64,000 nucleotides of DNA from positions 91,140,001 through 91,204,000 of the forward strand of contig OZ024743.1 of NCBI GenBank assembly GCA_964016885.1. The letters run 5' to 3'. The notes under the pieces were generated by a model. The model was not told the DNA's origin, searched no databases, and saw nothing but the letters and a program-made list of their open reading frames with translations. This document shows positions 61,101-64,000 of the stretch, piece after piece (the stretch's first letter is position 1; every line of letters begins with the position of its first letter). Made by a program: the position numbers and the translations under genes. The stretch is from Eledone cirrhosa (Eukaryota).

Positions 61101-63552
61101 TAGTCGATTGTTTTCCTGACTAGTGGTGCTAAATTCAAAATGAGATGGGTGGAAGGGAGATAAATACATAAATAAATGAAACTAAAAATTTAACTATTGA
61201 TACCAACACATCTGAAATTGCCCTGGTTGTATGATACACAACTGCTCATTAAGTCGACTTTTCCATGCTAGCATGGGTTAGAAGTTTCTGAGGCAATGTT
61301 TTACAGCCCCTACAGTACTGTTAATAAATGCAATAAAATCTTATACGTGACTCATGAAGTCCTTCAAAAACTACAACAAAAACCTTTTGTTGCTCTACGG
61401 CGAAATTTACCAATCTTGTATGGAACACAGGGTCAGTGCTACCATTAAGGTCAACTATGACGGAGATCAGAACACATTACTGAACCTTAAAGGATTAGTT
61501 TTATACAAATTATATATATATATAATAATTTTCAGCAATTAATAAATAAATCACTTAACATATTTGCAATATTGCGGAAATATATATAAGACATGGGTGA
61601 ATGTGGATTGTAAGTGGAAAATGCAAGCTTAATTTTCTTAGTGTGGTCATAGCAAGAAATGTCAGATTAGGTTCGTCAGCTTACCAAACTGTCAGTTGAA
61701 ATGACGAAATCTGGGAAAATGGGACGCACATTGTACAGCTAACCTAGGGTGTTAAACACCAAGGTGCCGGCTTTGATTGGCCTTATATACAACGAAAAAC
61801 AACGGGAACAATAAAAACATAGGCCTTCAGACGAACACATCACATACCTAGATATAAACACATTAGTGACAATGAAACATCTACATCGTTGAATATGAGG
61901 AGACGTTCTACTGGATCCACTGTAGACTATGAAAGGTAGTGGGAAGAAGCTGACGCATAAGAGTAAAAATATAAACTCAATTGTATGTTTAACCCCTTCA
62001 TGGCCTTATTTCTCATGTAATACATTGAATGTGATTCAATTAATTTTGAAAATAATCAAATATTTGAAGAGTTTTAGTCGTCATCATCATCATTTATCGT
62101 CTGTTTTCCCTGCTAGTAAGGGTTGGACGGGTCGTCACAGATTAAGTCAGTACTCGAGTGGAGCCTGCATCTCGCTTACATACGTTCCCGCATTCTGCCG
62201 GATGGTTAGACGGAGCGGGGGCCCGCATCTCATTTTCACACAACCCTACGTTCTACAAATCATTTCATCGTAGCACCAGCACTATGGAGGATGTGATGTC
62301 TTTGGCACAACTGAAGAGTTCTCTTGGTTCTTTGGTTAGCGAAAACAACTTTTTCATTAAGTTGGACAGTTTTATTACAGAACCAGAAGCAGTTTCGTGT
62401 GTGAAAAGGGTTAATTGTGGACACAAAAGCTTACAATCAAATGCTGACTAAAGCCAATGAAGGTATGTTACTGAAAGGGCTGGGGACGCATAGAATATAA
62501 CTAAGTACGACCCTCTCACACACAGATAGATGTTTATGTTGGAACCACCATCGATTCTGACGATGAGTGTTCCAGTTATTCAAACAACGGAACAGCCTGG
62601 TGGTGAAATTAACGTTCCAGTGGCTGAGCATTACACAAATACATGTATCCTTAAGGTAGTTCCCAAGGAGACTCGGCGTGACAACGCTAGAACTTTGAAT
62701 TACAAATGCAACTCCTGTTTACCAACTATATGGGATGGAGCAAAGTGAAATAAAGCGTCTTGCTCAAGGACACAACACGCCGCCACGAATTGAGCTCACG
62801 ACTATGAACTCAACACCTTGACCACAAAGCCAAGCGATTTCACTTAAAATAGAGCCAAACAAACGGCGCACACAAATAGTTAACATACTCCTATAAGGCA
62901 TCCAAGATATAAATGGAATTAAAATAGGATAAAAAAAAGGACGCATTGAATAATATAATTCAAGGTACATTGCTTGAAATAAAGACGAGATGGTTACAAC
63001 TAGAAAGCTTTTGATCACAAGCTGGTTCTGTCAGCACACACCTGTTATTAATATCATGGCGGAGTTTTAGATGCGTTATTATTATTTAGCTCTCTTGTTT
63101 AGGTTTGATCTAAAAAAACTGAATTACAACAAACTTACAATGGGGTAGTGAATTAGCGAACTAAATGCCTAAGATACATTTTAAAAAAGTATCAGTCATG
63201 AACTAAAGTAGATATTATCGACTTAACACCTACGATACAAAAATTGACCTTCTAATTAGTATAAAACACACACATATATATTTATCCTCCAGCATGTGTG
63301 ACCTTTGGTTCTTTTGGCCTTAGAAAAATGAACTTAGAAATGGAGACAGTGATGTTCACATCTTTTCTAAGGGCAATAGCAGAAAAGCAAGTGAATTTAT
63401 ATAGTCAAAATTGGGTCTAGGGTTCAGACCATTGCCCTGTACTTACCTGCATAAATTGGTCGGTTCTTAAATATATTATGTGCAACAGCCGTCAGAACGC
63501 CAGCAGCCGCCATTCCAGCCTCTTCTACACCTAAATCCAAGATACCCTTCAT
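58053..63552 (-). CDS. NDUFC2: NADH:ubiquinone oxidoreductase subunit C2 (B14.5b), 3 exons, 99 aa
   Basis: Exons 63552-63447, 59874-59731 and 58102-58053 splice GT-AG (phase 1/1) to MKGILDLGVEEAGMAAAGVLTAVAHNIFKNRPIYAGVQRHIAFGLIGLYAGNLIKNYRLDYNRKKWVYIEDYIAKHPERFPEAPKLLYKDVLHAWRPTR*. This matches the NDUFC2 motifs N..RP..AG..R, Y...HPE.FP and a C-terminal (W/F).P.R. Confidence 0.88.
58738..58906. mobile_element. TTAA-flanked piggyBac-type MITE
   Basis: CCCTTTAGCATTT / GATGCTAAAGGG termini with TTAA flanks. Confidence 0.75.
59102..59393 (-). mobile_element. SINE family 1 with internal deletions
   Basis: Similar to 14436-14779. Confidence 0.8.
59416..59488 (-). tRNA. tRNA-Ile(AAT), degenerate, probable pseudogene
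   Basis: GGACAGTTAGTTCATTGGTTAGAACATTGTGCTAATAATGCGAATGTTGTGGGTTCAAGGCCCATACTGGCCA is collinear with metazoan tRNA-Ile-AAT; it has an acceptor-stem mismatch and several G-U pairs; a T8 tract lies 7 nt downstream. Confidence 0.75.
59731..59874 (-). CDS. NDUFC2: NDUFC2 exon 2
   Basis: ctcttttccag|GT GTT CAG CGT CAC ... GCT C|gtaagt. Confidence 0.9.
60110..60540 (-). mobile_element. Degraded RTE/RTE-X-like LINE fragment nested in another RTE remnant
   Basis: Reverse strand YVSETWALTKKLTQMVDGCYTRMLRMALN, RLRLAGH, LLWEPLHG. Confidence 0.7.
63447..63552 (-). CDS. NDUFC2: NDUFC2 exon 1
   Basis: aaaaacATG start with an upstream in-frame stop; ends GCA G|gtaagt. Confidence 0.85.
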
Positions 63553-64000
63553 GTTTTTAGTAAGGGAGACCGAAGGGTGTGAATAAAACAAAACGGGAGC
63601 CCCACTAAAAGTCTGCCGTCCTCCAAAAAAGTTGATGCGCGACCTCCACCGAGACAGAGGAAATACAAATATTTACTTCAGTACAGCAGGACCACAGATA
63701 CACAGCGGATGTGATGTGGATGTTATTATGGTCGTTATTTAGTCTTTTCTAATTATTAATAAAAGTAAAATAGTCAATGTGGGAGCTAATATTTATAAAT
63801 TTGTAATATATATATATATACATAATAAAGTAGATATTTTATTTGTGTAACTTAATCATTAAGTATTTCAACTGTCTATTCTACTGACGTTGTCTGTTAG
63901 CTTTTGTTTACTTTTATATAAAAATCTTTTTTTTAACCTAACAATTAGAATATTGTTATTTATTGTTGATATAACTATAAATTGGTTAAACATACAGAAA

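Noticed and set aside
63316-63383. miRNA-like hairpin in NDUFC2 intron 1 (CCTTAGAAAA...TTTTCTAAGG)
   Set aside because: The stem is short and AT-rich with a large loop, as expected by chance.

Overview
This is AT-rich, repeat-dense eukaryotic DNA, very likely from a coleoid cephalopod (Octopus-type SINE, RTE LINE and (CAT)n/(TA)n landscape; the taxon is an inference). Most of the window is one large + strand spliced gene, a DLGAP5/HURP (Mars)-like mitotic microtubule-associated protein. I traced 23 GT-AG exons from 9069 to the stop at 57706, all phase-compatible (about 1758 codons; I could not find the first exon(s), which probably lie upstream). The gene carries an in-frame internal duplication that gives two GKAP domains and three copies of a downstream exon pair, with near-identical exons set in mostly unrelated introns. 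A 3-exon NDUFC2 (complex I B14.5b) gene on the - strand converges on it about 350 bp away, with interlocked poly(A) signals between them. The introns hold young RTE LINEs (RT with an embedded PHD-like finger), CR1 and Penelope-like remnants, a DD37D Tc1/mariner, hAT- and piggyBac-type MITEs, two tRNA-derived SINE families, a candidate solo LTR, a composite mini/microsatellite array, a decayed tRNA-Ile, and a 270-bp palindrome whose two arms each encode a minimal hammerhead-ribozyme motif. All alignments and counts were made by eye.
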